A DNA stretch of 63,996 nt, filler included, from Octopus bimaculoides (Eukaryota), in the NCBI RefSeq assembly GCF_001194135.2. It is 7 parts of 4 records of this genome, joined end to end, with 100 filler letters (N's around TTAATTAATTAA, not from the genome) between each part and the next. Parts side by side here need not be neighbours in the genome. Positions count along the whole stretch, not along the records: positions 62,812 to 63,996 come from NC_068981.1; 6 more parts are not named here. One strand, written 5' to 3'. How positions within the stretch are numbered: position 1 is the first letter of the stretch; every line of letters starts with the position of its first letter. Shown here in pieces: positions 63,771-63,996 of the stretch. The notes beneath the pieces are model-generated. The model did not search any database. It was not told the origin of the DNA and was given only the letters and a program-made list of their open reading frames with translations. The position numbers and the translations under genes are program-made.

Positions 63771-63996
63771 ACACACAGTCACACACGCATATAACAAGAG
63801 AGATAAAGGAACAGAGATAGGGATATGGAAGCAGATACACAAACAGACAGATTCACTTACAGCCAGCCAGCCAGCCAGCCAGAAAGACAGTCAGACAGGT
63901 TAATACACAGACAAACAGTGATGGAGGTAAATGTATACCTAGGTATTTGCGTGTCTGGAAAACAGTGTGACGATATTGAGTTCTTCTTTTCATAAT

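Noticed and set aside
1-63996. CRISPR arrays or prokaryotic operons
   Set aside because: No regularly spaced direct repeats with unique spacers. The sequence is eukaryotic.

Overview
Repeat-rich, AT-rich animal genomic DNA with many N gaps. The SINE and microsatellite make-up strongly suggests an octopus/coleoid cephalopod genome (inference, not a database match). One host gene is clearly visible: the ~3 kb terminal coding exon of a Friend-of-GATA (FOG/U-shaped/ZFPM) zinc-finger protein on the minus strand (48409->45411). It has nine zinc fingers (four FOG-type CCHC), a PLDLS CtBP motif, a basic NLS-like motif and a candidate poly(A) site about 0.8 kb downstream. Upstream exons were not identified. 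The rest is transposon debris: two LTR-retrotransposon pol remnants, three Tc1/mariner transposases, a Penelope RT/GIY-YIG remnant, two RLE-type LINE 3' ends, hAT MITEs, several SINE families (some with clear TSDs) and a 5S rRNA pseudogene. The most interesting signal is a set of minimal hammerhead-ribozyme (HHR) motifs in four unrelated short elements. The best is a 547-bp palindromic insertion with an 11-bp TSD that carries two outward-facing HHRs and a tRNA-like Pol III head. Six synthetic N44-TTAATTAATTAA-N44 joins and one misplaced contig limit long-range conclusions.
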